A stretch of 50,361 nt of DNA, counting the filler, from Jimgerdemannia flammicorona (lineage: Eukaryota), in assembly GCA_003990765.1 (NCBI GenBank). It is 2 parts of 2 records of this genome, joined end to end, with 100 filler letters (N's around TTAATTAATTAA, not from the genome) between each part and the next. Parts side by side here need not be neighbours in the genome. Positions count along the whole stretch, not along the records: positions 25,236 to 50,361 come from RBNJ01000879.1; 1 more part is not named here. The stretch is one strand, 5' to 3'. Below, piece by piece: positions 36,571-48,188 of the stretch (the first letter of the stretch is position 1; every line of letters begins with the position of its first letter). A program made the translations under genes and the position numbers. The notes under the pieces are model-generated. The model was not told the DNA's origin, made no database searches, and saw only the letters and a program-made list of their open reading frames with translations.

Positions 36571-39500
36571 CTAACTTTTGATGAACCCAGGAATCCACGA
36601 ACTACGCTTATCCTGGCCCTTGGGCGTGGAAGGAGACGGCGGCACGTCGCTATTTGTAAAGAATCGGAAGAGAAATTAATGCCGAGCCACCACATCATCA
36701 AAATATTGAAGACACAAAGGATAAAATCAAGCTTCGATAGAAAGACATTCTTACTCGGAAACAACGGCGGTGCCGCGCAGAGGCTTGGCAATACGACCAA
36801 AGTTCAGAGCTTGCATGGCGGTCTGAGATTTTTGGGCTGAGCGAACGAACGTATAAAAAACGAGTCAATTATCATTTAACTAAATGACAATCTTGAGCAA
36901 CAGCTCAAAATTACTTACATCGTGCTTGTTCCAAGCGCTCCCTGACGGCTTGAAGTTGGGCCTCGAACCTGTAGTCAAGGTGCAGATGAGCATAGTGCAA
37001 GATACGATGATCAGTTTATGCCAATCACCAAACTTCCGTGAAAGACACAGTAAGGGCAAATCTCTTACAACACTTACTTCTGGTTTTGCGTAACAAGTTT
37101 CTCTTGCGCTTCCTGCAGCAGCACCTCCAAGCTCTGGATGCGTTCGTTTCTCGCAATGAGCTTGCGCTCGGAGATGGCGACCTCCTTCTTGAGCGACGAG
37201 TTTTGCTCGACCAGCTGTTGTGCGGAAGGTAAGAATGAGAGAGGAGTGATTGAGTTATAGACCATGTTGAACACGAAATGGAATGGATCCTGGTAAGGGA
37301 AAAAAAAAAAAAAAAAAAAAACGGACCTGTTTTTGAACATTAGTGAGCTGCTCGAGATTGCGCTCCAAGAAGGCCATCTTTTTCTGCTGGGCCTTGTTGT
37401 TGCTCGCCCGTAGTACGTTGTTGTACTGCTCCCGAGTTTCATCAAGCGAGATTTCGAGTTCGACAACCTTCTCGCACCGATTCTGGAGGTCGCGCATGAG
37501 GGCCTTCTTCATCACTTCGAAGTCGGAGAGCTGTTGTGCCTGTTGGGATTAAATGGATGCGGAAAATGTAAAGGCAAGAGGTCGGAGACAGATCATAGAG
37601 AAAGGAGCGCTGCGGAATTCGTGATATAGAGAAGAAGAAAAAATTTATTAACACCTACCATCGACTTCCTCATCCTTTCCATATCCTTCTCCTTCTCAGT
37701 CATGTCCGAGCTAGCCTTAGGCTGGCTAGAAAGTGCAACCTGCAATCACGGAAACCGGTAAAACAAGAATGCAGTCAGAAATCTTATCCAAAACAATTCA
37801 CGGATAATATGTAGCGATTAGATCGACTTGTAGAAAACTTACCTGCAACTGTTCGTTGGCCCTCTTCAAATCGGTCAGGGCACTACAACGAGGGGTTGTA
37901 GAGATGATTTTTAATATAGATCATTTGTACCATGAAATTTAAGACCCAATGCATAGATGCAAGGATTTGATCAGTGCTAAAAAAAAAAAGTACCTGCTGA
38001 GCTTGTGATACTCGTCAGTCTTGCGCTCAAGCTCGTTCTTGAGCTCCTCAATCTCCTTCTGCTGCATTTCCCTCTTGGCGGTGAACGATGACTCGAGCTT
38101 GTTCTGTTTCGCACGGAAGGAACAGCGAAGGAACAAACGCATCGTCAGGATTTTGTCGTCATCTTCTTCGCTTGCAAAGCCACCATTTTTGTACCTTGTG
38201 CTTTTTGACTTTTATAGGCACGAACAGATGGCAGGAGAAAAAAAATGAAGAGATGAGATACGATGACGAACCTTCAGCTCTGTGAACGTCTCCGCGATGC
38301 TCACAGTCGTGTCCTCTACCTCCTCTTCCTCAGCGATAGTTTTGTCTGCATACCAAACCAACAAGAAGCCATGTTATATCAGTTTGATGATGCTTTCTGT
38401 AACCACCCCCAGCCCAACAATCGGAAACCCTCTCCTCTCAACACCCTTGCGCCTGTAGCACGACTTACCAAGTAACTCCTCGTACTCGAGCTCGAGCGTC
38501 GTCAGCCTGGCCTCGAGATCCTCGCGCTTTCGCTCAAGGTTCTCCTTGGTGTGCGACAGCTCGTTGATGGTCTGCTCGTGCTGCTCGATGAGCGACCTTG
38601 AATCCGCCAGCTCCTTGCGGAGGTTGGCGAGCTCCTCGTTGCTCAAGGAAGCGGAAGTTTCATTGTCTAGCTTCACTAACGCCTCGCGGATCTGCTTCTC
38701 CTTCTCCGTTATCTCGTTCTGCGCAGGAGCGGATGAGTGAGTGTAAAGCGTAAGTGAAATGAGGAATTACTTATAACAATTAACAAAAGTTGCACGTTCC
38801 AAGCTACTCACCGAAGGGTCAAAGTTGGCCATCATGGCAGCCATCTTCTCGGCCTTCTTTTTCTCCTTCTCGCCATCAGCCGATTCCTTCTGCGCGATGC
38901 GCAGATCGAGCAACTGCTTCTTGAGCTCCTCGAGCTCGGCATTCAGCTCCTGATTCGTCTCCTTGAGAGAATCGACTGTGATGACGTTCTCCTTGGATTC
39001 GTACGACACCTTCTGCAGCTGCAGTCTGAGCTCGTTGAGCTCTGTTGTCATAAGTTGGTTTTCCTTGGTGATCTGCCCCTCTTGCTCCTTGAAGTACCCG
39101 AGCTCCTCCTTTAATTGATTGAGCTGCGTTTCTCGGTTGGTCAACTCCGACTCCTTTTCCGCAATCTGGTCGGTCAGCTCGTTTTCTCGCTTCAAGAACT
39201 CCTCGCGCTCGTCCTTTTCAAGTACCATTGCAGGCGTCGCTGGCCGTGAGTCGTCCATCAGTGCCTTAAACGCAGGGATCGGCGCCGTGGGCGCAGCCGT
39301 CGTCGGACTCGATGCAGACCCCGTCTCGCCCTTAGTCACCTTTTCTAGCGTTACCCATTGCGTCTCCGGCACGCTCTGCCCGGCACGCCAGCACCCGACC
39401 TCGCCCTCCAGCGCCGCAATGTACGCCTGAAACGTGACAGCCTCGGATTTGACCTTCTTGAGCAGGGCCTTGAGCTCGGCCGGTGAGAGGTCAGCGTTGA

Positions 39501-40375
39501 CCTTGGCCTTGTTCTTAATGGTCTTAGCACGCATGCCAAAACGTAAGGTACTGAGCGTTTCGGCCTCGTTATACGAGGATGGCGAACAGTTGATAATTAA
39601 AGTCGTGCGCGAGTTACCACCCAAGGCTTCTTGCAAGATACGCGTGAGCTTGGAGTCACGATACGGCACGTGAGAGGACTAGCAGGATTGATGGAAATTA
39701 ATTATTGCTTATAATGGCATGGTTGCACGCAACCACAACCGTACAGCCTGTCAAATGCATTATCTTACCTTGCCATCCGTCAAAGCGTTAATGACCATAC
39801 CAAGGGCAGTCAATGACTTGTTAATTTTCTTGGCCTCTTCAAGAGTCTGACCTGAAGCGCCAGTCTTGCCGACTTTCTCGGAACCGGCTAAATCGACGAG
39901 ATGGAGCTTGCCCTGCTTGACGGCGCCCGTGTCCAAATTCTTGTTGGCAACGGTGATAACGAAGATGGAATGGGATCGGGAGGATTCGGCGTTCATGTCT
40001 GGAGCGAACGCAGAGGGCGGAGTGATGAAAGGATAGTGAGAGACCATTCGTGTTTTTGGGATCGCAGGGGAGGGTCGAAACGATAGCACGTACTTGTGTA
40101 GGCGACAATACGGGCGCCAGTACCACGACGCATGACTTCATGAATTTCCTCCACGGACGAGACATAAACCTCGGCCAGGCCCTTGACGTAGACACCGCGG
40201 GTTTTGTCCTCGTGGATGGGAAGGTTATCGTTTTGAGCTGTAATCGGTTGAGCGAGCAAAAAGTTTGTTAAGAGTGTTAGTCGTCGATTCTATGCTGGAA
40301 GAGATGGCATGATGTGGGTTGCAAGCATCTGACCAATTGGCCGCTGAATCAATACGGCCGCGATTTCGGGCAGGT

Positions 40376-40418
<43 letters not shown>

Positions 40419-41283
40419 GTAAGTCCCCCTTGTCACACAACAAAACAGCAACACAAAACACTCACGGGCAAGCAAGTCGCGGACTTTCTCCATATAGATT
40501 TCCATGAATGAGACTTTAACTGTAAACTCCATGTTAGAGGGAGACTCTACGATGCTCTGGAAAATCTGCTCGACGAGGCGGGGGGTGATACCCTTGAGCT
40601 CGTCGTTGTCCATTACACCCTGTGCGGAGGATGGGGGTTTACCAGATGGTTAGAGAAACGGGTTGGAGAGATTTACATCTCAGAAGGACCCGGGACGGAT
40701 ATGAAGGATTTCTGTACCATCATCGAGAAGGTCTTGCCGGAACCGGTTTGACCATAGGCGAAGACCGTGCCATTGTAACCGCCAACGACATCTGGAAACA
40801 AGGATACGACGAGGTATGAGGGTGAAGGTTTCGGGGATTTTCGGACGGATAAAAAATGGTCGAATAAGAGACAAACCATCGACAATGGATTTGATGGAGT
40901 AGTCGAAGATATCCTTCTGCTTAGAATCCATGCCGAAGACCTTGTCGAACGCGAAGGGCGGGCCCTGAAATTCCTGGCCCTATTAACATGACGGAGAAGA
41001 AAGAGAGAGAGAGAGAGAAAGGAAGAAAAGGAGAGAGAAAGAAAGAAAAAGAGAAAAAGAGAGAGAGAAAGAGAAAGAGAAAGAGAAGAGGGGAAAGGCA
41101 GAAGTAATTAGACTGCGAAAGAAGAGGGCTTCGGTGTTTCGAGGTGGTTTTGTTATAGCTTACATTAAGCGCTACGCTGGTACCCTCTTCATCGATGTCG
41201 ATGATGGGCACACCACCTTCGCTAATTTCGAGCTTGTTCTGGGGTCTGAAGCGGCAGACGACTTTGATGTTGTTCCCCGACAT
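36571..41283 (-). CDS. kinA: Kinesin-1 heavy chain (conventional kinesin), 17 exons
   Basis: P-loop [37 protein letters not shown], coiled coils, [15 protein letters not shown], the tail RIAKPLRG and C-terminal KRSSW. All introns traced as GT-AG. Confidence 0.97.
40993..41097. repeat. Polypurine (GA/GAAA)n tract in kinesin intron 1
   Basis: ~100 nt of almost pure A/G on the plus strand, i.e. an extended polypyrimidine tract on the sense strand just upstream of the acceptor. Confidence 0.85.
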
Positions 41284-42255
41284 TTAGCAGAGTGTTCACA
41301 GAGGGTCTCTCCTTTCTTCTTAGTGCTTTTCGGAGATGTGTGTGAGCCTTTTTTTTGAATATTAAAACAATAAGGGCTATGTAATGAAAGAGGGTTGTCG
41401 TACTCCCGTTTTGCAGGAGTACTACTTGGCGGGTTGAGAGAAACGGACCGTTGGACAAGCTCCATCTCTAAAAACCGGGCGCGCCTGATTGGTCATGGTC
41501 ACTCGTGGCCCGATATGGAAATGACAACACCGGCCCGCCCCGCTTCAGCACACGACTCCGCCAAAAAAAGAAATCCAAAAAGGGATTGGTCCTGACACAA
41601 GGACACAAGGACATCGTGGGGCGCCATCATGTCAAGACCGAATGCTTTGAGAATCTTTAGCATGGCCCAACGCGCGAAAATCCGCCAACACACGCCGACC
41701 CTGCTTGCTCCCGACATCGGTGCAGCTGAGCATTTCGGAGTCTCGACAAAAGTTGCCGAGTCCCGAGGCTCGAGGCTTCGGGCTCGTTCTTGACTCTGGT
41801 TGGGTATCTCCGTGGGAACAAAATGACGGGCAACTTGGCCCATGCGTGCTTTTGATTCACATACTTGATTCAAAGTGAGATGCCCAATGAATAATGTTAG
41901 GTCCGAAATCAGGGACCGCACTATAGTTAAGGAGAAAGTCACACTTGAACAATGTGATTGGTTGATTCTCGCACATCGCAGATCGGATCTCTCCTTAAAA
42001 TAAGTGTATGTAGCGGTGGCTTTGTTACGAGATTTCATATCAACCAAAAAGACGAACGACCTAATATTCTAACGTTTCAATCTAAATAAAGATTTAATAA
42101 TCCAGCCCTGGAAACGTCCGGTGACAGGGTTTCGCAACGCCCGCCCGCCATTGTACGCTAATCCCTTCGTCTCCATCCCCCTCCTTACTTATCTAATTCG
42201 TCGCATCCACTTTTAAATTCCCATCCAGAACACTGAACAACTCCCGCCATCTAGC

Positions 42256-43772
42256 TCAACTCAATAGCCTTGCCCATTCCCCTGTGTCCTCCGCACTCGA
42301 ATCCCAATATCCCTTGCGCGTGAACCCACAGCGCACAAGCTTTTTGATCCCATGCCAAAGGTTGGTCAGCCCGATCTTGATATCGTGCCACAAGTGCGGC
42401 CGGCCCTGTTGGATGCGTTCGGGACGGAGGCGGGCCTTGTTGTCGATGAGGGTGAGGAGGCAGACCTTTTGCGATAAGTTACAGGCAGCCAGGAATTAGT
42501 GGGATTGAATTACGAGCGACGCATCAAAACTTCTTCAACCAACTCCAATCCCATCCAAACACCACGTACCACAACAGAGCTCACGACACCGAGCCCCGTA
42601 GACGCTGAAATCATGAACATGATGATCTGCTGGTACTTGACCGCGTCCATGACGGGTGCGCCGCCGATGATTTGGCCCGTCATCATGCCAGGGATGGCTA
42701 TGAGGCCGATCACACTCATCTGGTTGATCGTTGGCAACATAGCCAGGCGGATGGCCTCGATCATGATGGGGCGTCCGGCCTCCCACCGGGTCGCGCCGTA
42801 GGAAAGGGACATCTCGACCTTGTCCTTGTTGTCGCTGGTGTGACGACGGATTGAGAGGTAGAAGTTAGAAGAAGAGATGGAAGAATGTGAGATTGGCTCA
42901 ACGCATAACAGAATTCTGTTCGTTGACAGTATTCTTTTTCTTCATGGCAATCACCATTCTATGTTAATGCTAGTTGCCCACTCTTTTCAATACATCCCGC
43001 TGCCACTAACCGTTCCCCAGACTCAAACCATTCCTTACCTCAACTGCGTCAAAACTGTGCTGATCCCGACGGCCATCCCGCTCATACAATTGCCCAACAG
43101 CATGCCCATGCTCGGGATAAACTTGACGGGTTCCCAGAACGGGATCTGGTTCATGGCGTACCGGGAGCCCAGGACACCGACGAGCATCGTGCTGGCGCCC
43201 ATTGACACGAGGACTGACAGAAACTAGAGAAAAAAAAGTAGAGGGGGGCATCAAGAGTAGCACACAAATTCAGAGGAATATAGTACATGTCGCAGAGTGG
43301 GGCCAGATAGGGACATACCATGCCATTGTAAGTCCTCTTGGCCTTGTTGTAGATAATCTCATAGGTGCCGAGGAAGATAAGAACGCCTGAGGTGGCGGAC
43401 GATTGAGGTGCGTTAACATTTTCAGAAAATGTCGACATTGCGTTTAAATGACGACCAAAAATAGAGACGAGAAAAGGTCATATGATTCAATACGCACAGG
43501 CCATAAAGATAACCAGTGCTGGATGTCTGATCCGGAAGACATCCTCAAGAACATACCCCTGTAAAGATGGAATTGCATATCAGGAACAGCATACTGCGAC
43601 GACAAAATAGGATCCCCGCTTTATACCATCAAGTTTTACTCCACTCAAGTCTCAATCTCAAGCCAACTTACCATAATTGTCAGCTGGACGATACAGCGGA
43701 GAGCGGCGATGAAGAGCGACTTTTCCAGACGCAGGCCCAACCATAACGAAATGGCGCCTGTGTTGGCAAAAG

Positions 43773-43812
<40 letters not shown>

Positions 43813-44085
43813 CGTGGGCCGAGCAAAAGAACGATGGGTTAATCAGAACAAGTAAAAGAACGGTGAGGTGAATTAGAGCAAGCACAGGTACGATTGTACG
43901 TAAGAAGGAATAATGCGCGCTGTTGCAGAGCGTTCACAAAAGAGAATGAGATAGTTACCATCGACGAGAATGAACAAAGAGGCAATGCCAACGTTGTCCC
44001 AGTGAAGCGGAGCATGATCCTTCGGAGGGCAGTCGGGAGCGGTACCGTTGGTGGATCCTTGGAGGAACTGGTACAAGAGGTCCAT
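42256..44085 (-). CDS. UPF0014 family membrane protein (FetB/YbbM/STAR2/ALS3-like ABC permease), 7 exons
   Basis: Spliced product has RCIVQLTIMGYVL, FIPSMGMLLGNCM, YGATRWEA and LPTINQMSVIGLIAIPGMMTGQIIGGAPVMDAVKYQ. Confidence 0.92.
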
Positions 44086-44179
44086 TTCTTGGGATCGCGG
44101 TGTCAAGAGAAGGAGGCGAATTGATATGGCTTTGTGTCACGTGACGGTCCTGTTTTCACCATAACGAGTTGGAAACATT

Positions 44180-44830
44180 GATGACGAACCTAAGGTAAAA
44201 ATGACACCTAATTCGAAGATCTGGCCCCCGAGATTGAATTTCATAATCAGGCGAAAAATGTGCATTCACACTATTATGCAGAATTACGTATTAGCTCCTG
44301 AATATTCTCTAGTTGACCTAGAAGAGCTTTCAGTGATAATCAACGGTTCGCGCACGCCAAAGCTTGACGGAAACATGGAGGCCGTTAATATCGAAGCTGA
44401 TGACGTGGCGCCAATTCGCAGCGCTCTTGGTGATCAAGCTCTATGGGATGAAATCGGACGCAAAATGGAGAGACTATCTTCCTAGTGAGTATTTGGCGTC
44501 ACTGCGAATGGTAAGAGGTAGCATTAATCGCATAATGTTAAAACGTTTAAACCAACTGTCAACAATCTCTTTCAGTCGAACATTGCAGAGATTCGAAGTG
44601 TTTTGATGAAGCCGTACACCGAACACGCCTACAACGTCAAAATTCACTATGATCTCGAGTACATCCATACTGTGATTCGAAATTTGTACGTTCCCCTTAA
44701 ATTTGCTAAAGCAAATTTTATTTGAAGATTGAAACGCGCTAACATCTCTACTCTCCATTTTGGACAGTGTTTCAATGGCCGAGCAGACGGTCAATCCACT
44801 CCTCGACGATTCCAGTACGGAGGGTTTTTT
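44180..44830 (+). pseudogene. Multi-exon gene remnant truncated by a retroposon insertion
   Basis: Exon-like blocks NYVLAPEYS...MERLSS*, SNIAEIRSVLMKPY...HYDLEYIHTVIRNF and VSMAEQTVNPLLDDSSTEGF are separated by GT-AG intron-like segments. There is an in-frame stop and no clear start. Confidence 0.4.
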
Positions 44831-45101
44831 GCCTGGTTGGTGGAGAGGATGGGGCCCCAAGGGGGGTTACTATAGATGACTAGTGGAAAGATATGTGAGA
44901 AAAGTGGGTAGTGAGTTGCAGTCATCAGTAACTTGGTAGTGTTTAGGAAGAGGGTGGGGAGGAAAGAGTGAGTGTTGGGGTAGAGTAGAGAGGGATTGGA
45001 TATGGCTACTAGTATAGTATAAGGATTATGTACATGTTATAGAATAGTTAATAAAGAGGTCTAGTGCTTATTGAAAAAAAAAAAAATAATAATAATAATA
45101 A
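44830..45101 (+). mobile_element. 5'-truncated LINE 3' end with poly(A) tail
   Basis: G-rich, CpG-free sequence with the same strand bias as the LINE family. AATAAA at 45050-45055, A13 at 45074-45086, then (TAA)n. Confidence 0.6.
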
Positions 45102-45419
45102 TATTAACTGGCAACTAATATATTATTATCATTATAGATTTTTTTTATAAAATGGATAGAAGCAGAATCTCTCAAGAAAGTTAATATATAGTCAATTGCA
45201 GATTTCTTTATAGAAAAATTATCTGCTGATTCAAGATCTTAATATAAGTAATTACTAATAGAGAAATGTAATTTATTATACCTTTCTCCAGTACTACTTG
45301 GATTATATAAACTTCTGATAATACTTTTGATACAGTCTTTTGGAGAAAAGGTAATAGCAATATAATAATCAATGTATAATCTGTAGAGTATACTGGGCAG
45401 AGTAGTTCTAGTACATTTG

Positions 45420-45832
45420 ACTGATAGTATATAGAAAGGAGCCATGGCTTGAGGGGAAGTCTGTTAGATTCTCATTTGAGTAGATGTGAGGTCAGTAGTA
45501 GTGAGAGATTAGATATAAGTAGACAGAAGGCTAGAGGAGTGAGTTTTGCTAATAAGGTTAAGACTGAAGATCAGTCAGCAGACTTAGATAGCTAGCTGCA
45601 GAAAAGTAAGGAGAAGATAAAGATTGTAGAGTCTGAAGAGATTACTTAGAAGAGTAGTAGTGATAGAACTAGAAAAGTAGTAGCTAGAGAGAAGAGAGAG
45701 ACTGCTGATAGGAGAGTAACTACTAATCTAAAAAAAAATACAAATGTGATGACTAATGAAGAGACTGAACTGAAGGATGGTATAAGATCTAGAGACTTGG
45801 CTAATAGTGTAATAGAACTGGTAACAGTACTA
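45420..45832 (+). mobile_element. Old, heavily mutated LINE ORF1 5' fragment
   Basis: tttgctaataaggttaag matches tttgctgacaaggtcagg (~48369), and tataagatctagagacttggctaatagtgtaa matches cacgaggcccagggacctggcagatggggtga (~48605). Differences are mostly G>A and C>T. Confidence 0.75.
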
Positions 45833-45835
45833 TTT

Positions 45836-47213
45836 AGTACTCTGAATAAGTTAATTCAAATTAAATCTGGATTTGATTCATCATATAATAGTTTGACCTA
45901 AATCTTAAATCTAAAATAATTTGGATTAACTTAGATTAATCTAAATTACTCTATTTAAATCACTCTATCTGAATTACTTCATCCAAACTACTTAATCTAA
46001 ATTACTCAATCTAAATTACTCAATTTGAATTATTTAATCTAAATTACTTAATCTAAATTACTCAATCTGAATTACTTAATCTGAATTATTCAATACAAAT
46101 TATTCAATTCAAATTACTTAATCTAAATCACTCAATCTAAATTATTCAATCTGAATTATCTAATTCAAATTATTTTATCTAAATCCTTTAATCTAAATTC
46201 TCTAATCTGAATTCTCTATATGACTTATATATTGGATATATCTATATATAATATATATATATATATATAAATATATATACAAATATATATATATAAATAT
46301 ACATATATATTAATAAATCAGTCTTTAATAGTTTATAGTATCAATAATGCTTCAAGTCAAATATCCTTGATAGTTTTATACTTTCTATATAATTCTCATT
46401 CTGAAATCTAGTAACATTATACTAAGACTGAAGATGATGTTATTTGTAATTATTATAGATAAAAAATTAAAAAAAAAAGATATACATATTTATAATACAA
46501 CTGATGTTTTTGTTTAATATATATATAATATTGTTTCTATCAACCTCTTATACTATATAGCCAAAAGTTCAAAATACTTAGTGGTTCAACTTTAAATATA
46601 TATCAATATATAAAAGACAAATACTCTAATAAAATTAAAAAGAATATAGAAATAAATTCAAGCTATAGTAGATATATTTATCTGATTGTCTGATCATTTC
46701 TGTATTAATAATTCTATTTAATCAAAAATATTTAGCTATATTCTTTAGTAGAATTTTGTATTGACTTATTTGCTAGATTATATATATAGATCAACTATTT
46801 ATAACCATTAAGTGTGACCAATTATATAGTACTTCAGTCTTCTCAAATATGATTTATATCTACCAAGTACTGATACTATTTATAAAGATATCCTGGAGGC
46901 CTATAGGAAGGAGTATGATAATCTTTACTAAATATTTTAAATAAAATAAATAAATAAGAATAATACTGTGATCATTACAGGCTGAATTATATATATATAT
47001 CTAAGGAGGTCTTTATTATAGACTTGTGAAGATAATTTATATATAGAGTGAGAGAAGGATTAGAGTATCTAGAGAGATAATTTTCTTCTAAAGGATTGGA
47101 AAAGAAGAGAAGAGAAGAAGAGAGAATCCTCTGTAGGATTAGATGAGAGAGGATATATTTTATAATATATCATAGAAGAGTGAGTAATAAAGTAGGAGTC
47201 CAAGTAACTATAA

Positions 47214-47258
<45 letters not shown>

Positions 47259-48100
47259 TGAAATTTATAAATCTGTTCTTTGAGGTTCTTTATAAGAAAT
47301 ATAAGATTCAGTATATTCAAACTATAGTCTATCACTCTCAAGAAAATAGATAGACAGAAAGAACTAATAAGACTCTTAAGAATATTATTGCTAAGATTTA
47401 TAATATATAACTATGAAAACTAAGATTACTATCTACTAATAGTATTATCTGCTCTCTAAGATATTTGATTATAAAGTATTCATTTTACTTTATAAAAATT
47501 GCTATTCAGAGAAGAAAGTTTTAGAGAAACCCTATTATTTAATAGAGATATTATATAAATATATATATATAGATACTGAGATATAGAAGATATATATACT
47601 AAATAAGAAAAAAGATTAAAGATTATATAATTAAGATATAAGAAGATTTATAAGCTTTTAAAGATTATCAAGATAAGAGATAAAGTTCTAATATATTTAG
47701 AATATGATAAAAGCTTTATAGTTATAAAGCTGATATTAAAGTAAAAAAGACTATACCTTATATAAGATATAAAAGAAACTATCTTCTAGCTATAAAAACT
47801 CTCAGATATAATTATCTCTATTATTATTTATTAAAACTGACTTAAGAAGTACTATGACTAATTAATGAAGCTAGTACTTTTAAACAAATTAAATCAATTT
47901 GAATTAAATCAAATTGAGAGTTATTTTAATCAAATTAAATTAGAAATTTTTCAATTTAAATTAAGTTCAAATCAAATTAAATTCAAATTATATTAAGGGT
48001 CTAATTCAAACTCTATTTTTCAAAATATAATAAATTAATGAAAATATGTCCAAATTTAATAATCTTTAGCTTGTTAGATTTCTCTTATGTATATAGAGAA
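45836..48100 (+). mobile_element. hAT-like DNA transposon relic (BED finger and transposase N-terminus), boundaries approximate
   Basis: ~46550-46625 reads ILYSQKFKILSGSTLNIYQYIKDKY, a BED finger (C..GSTSN..H...H) with C>Y and H>Y changes. ~46850-46912 reads DLYLPSTDTIYKDILEAYRKE, resembling hAT LPSxxTI. Short-repeat arrays occur at both ends. Confidence 0.6.
45938..46217 (+). repeat. 14-bp tandem array, 20 units (consensus AATCTAAATTACTY)
   Basis: Twenty contiguous 14-mers counted directly. Probably a subterminal repeat of the hAT relic. Confidence 0.92.
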
Positions 48101-48188
48101 ATCCAGGCACCTTTCACCAGTAACATTCAGGTGACACAAAACTCAGACTATACTTTTACAACATTTTTGGTGCCTGACGACTAACAAC

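Noticed and set aside
37299..43811. Long A/T homopolymers in introns (e.g. ~40377-40416, ~43773-43811) as retroposon tails
   Set aside because: No adjacent element body or TSD; simple slippage runs whose lengths may be unreliable.
45938..46217. Array as CRISPR or telomere repeat
   Set aside because: Contiguous 14-mers with no spacers, in a eukaryotic internal context, with no G-rich telomeric strand.
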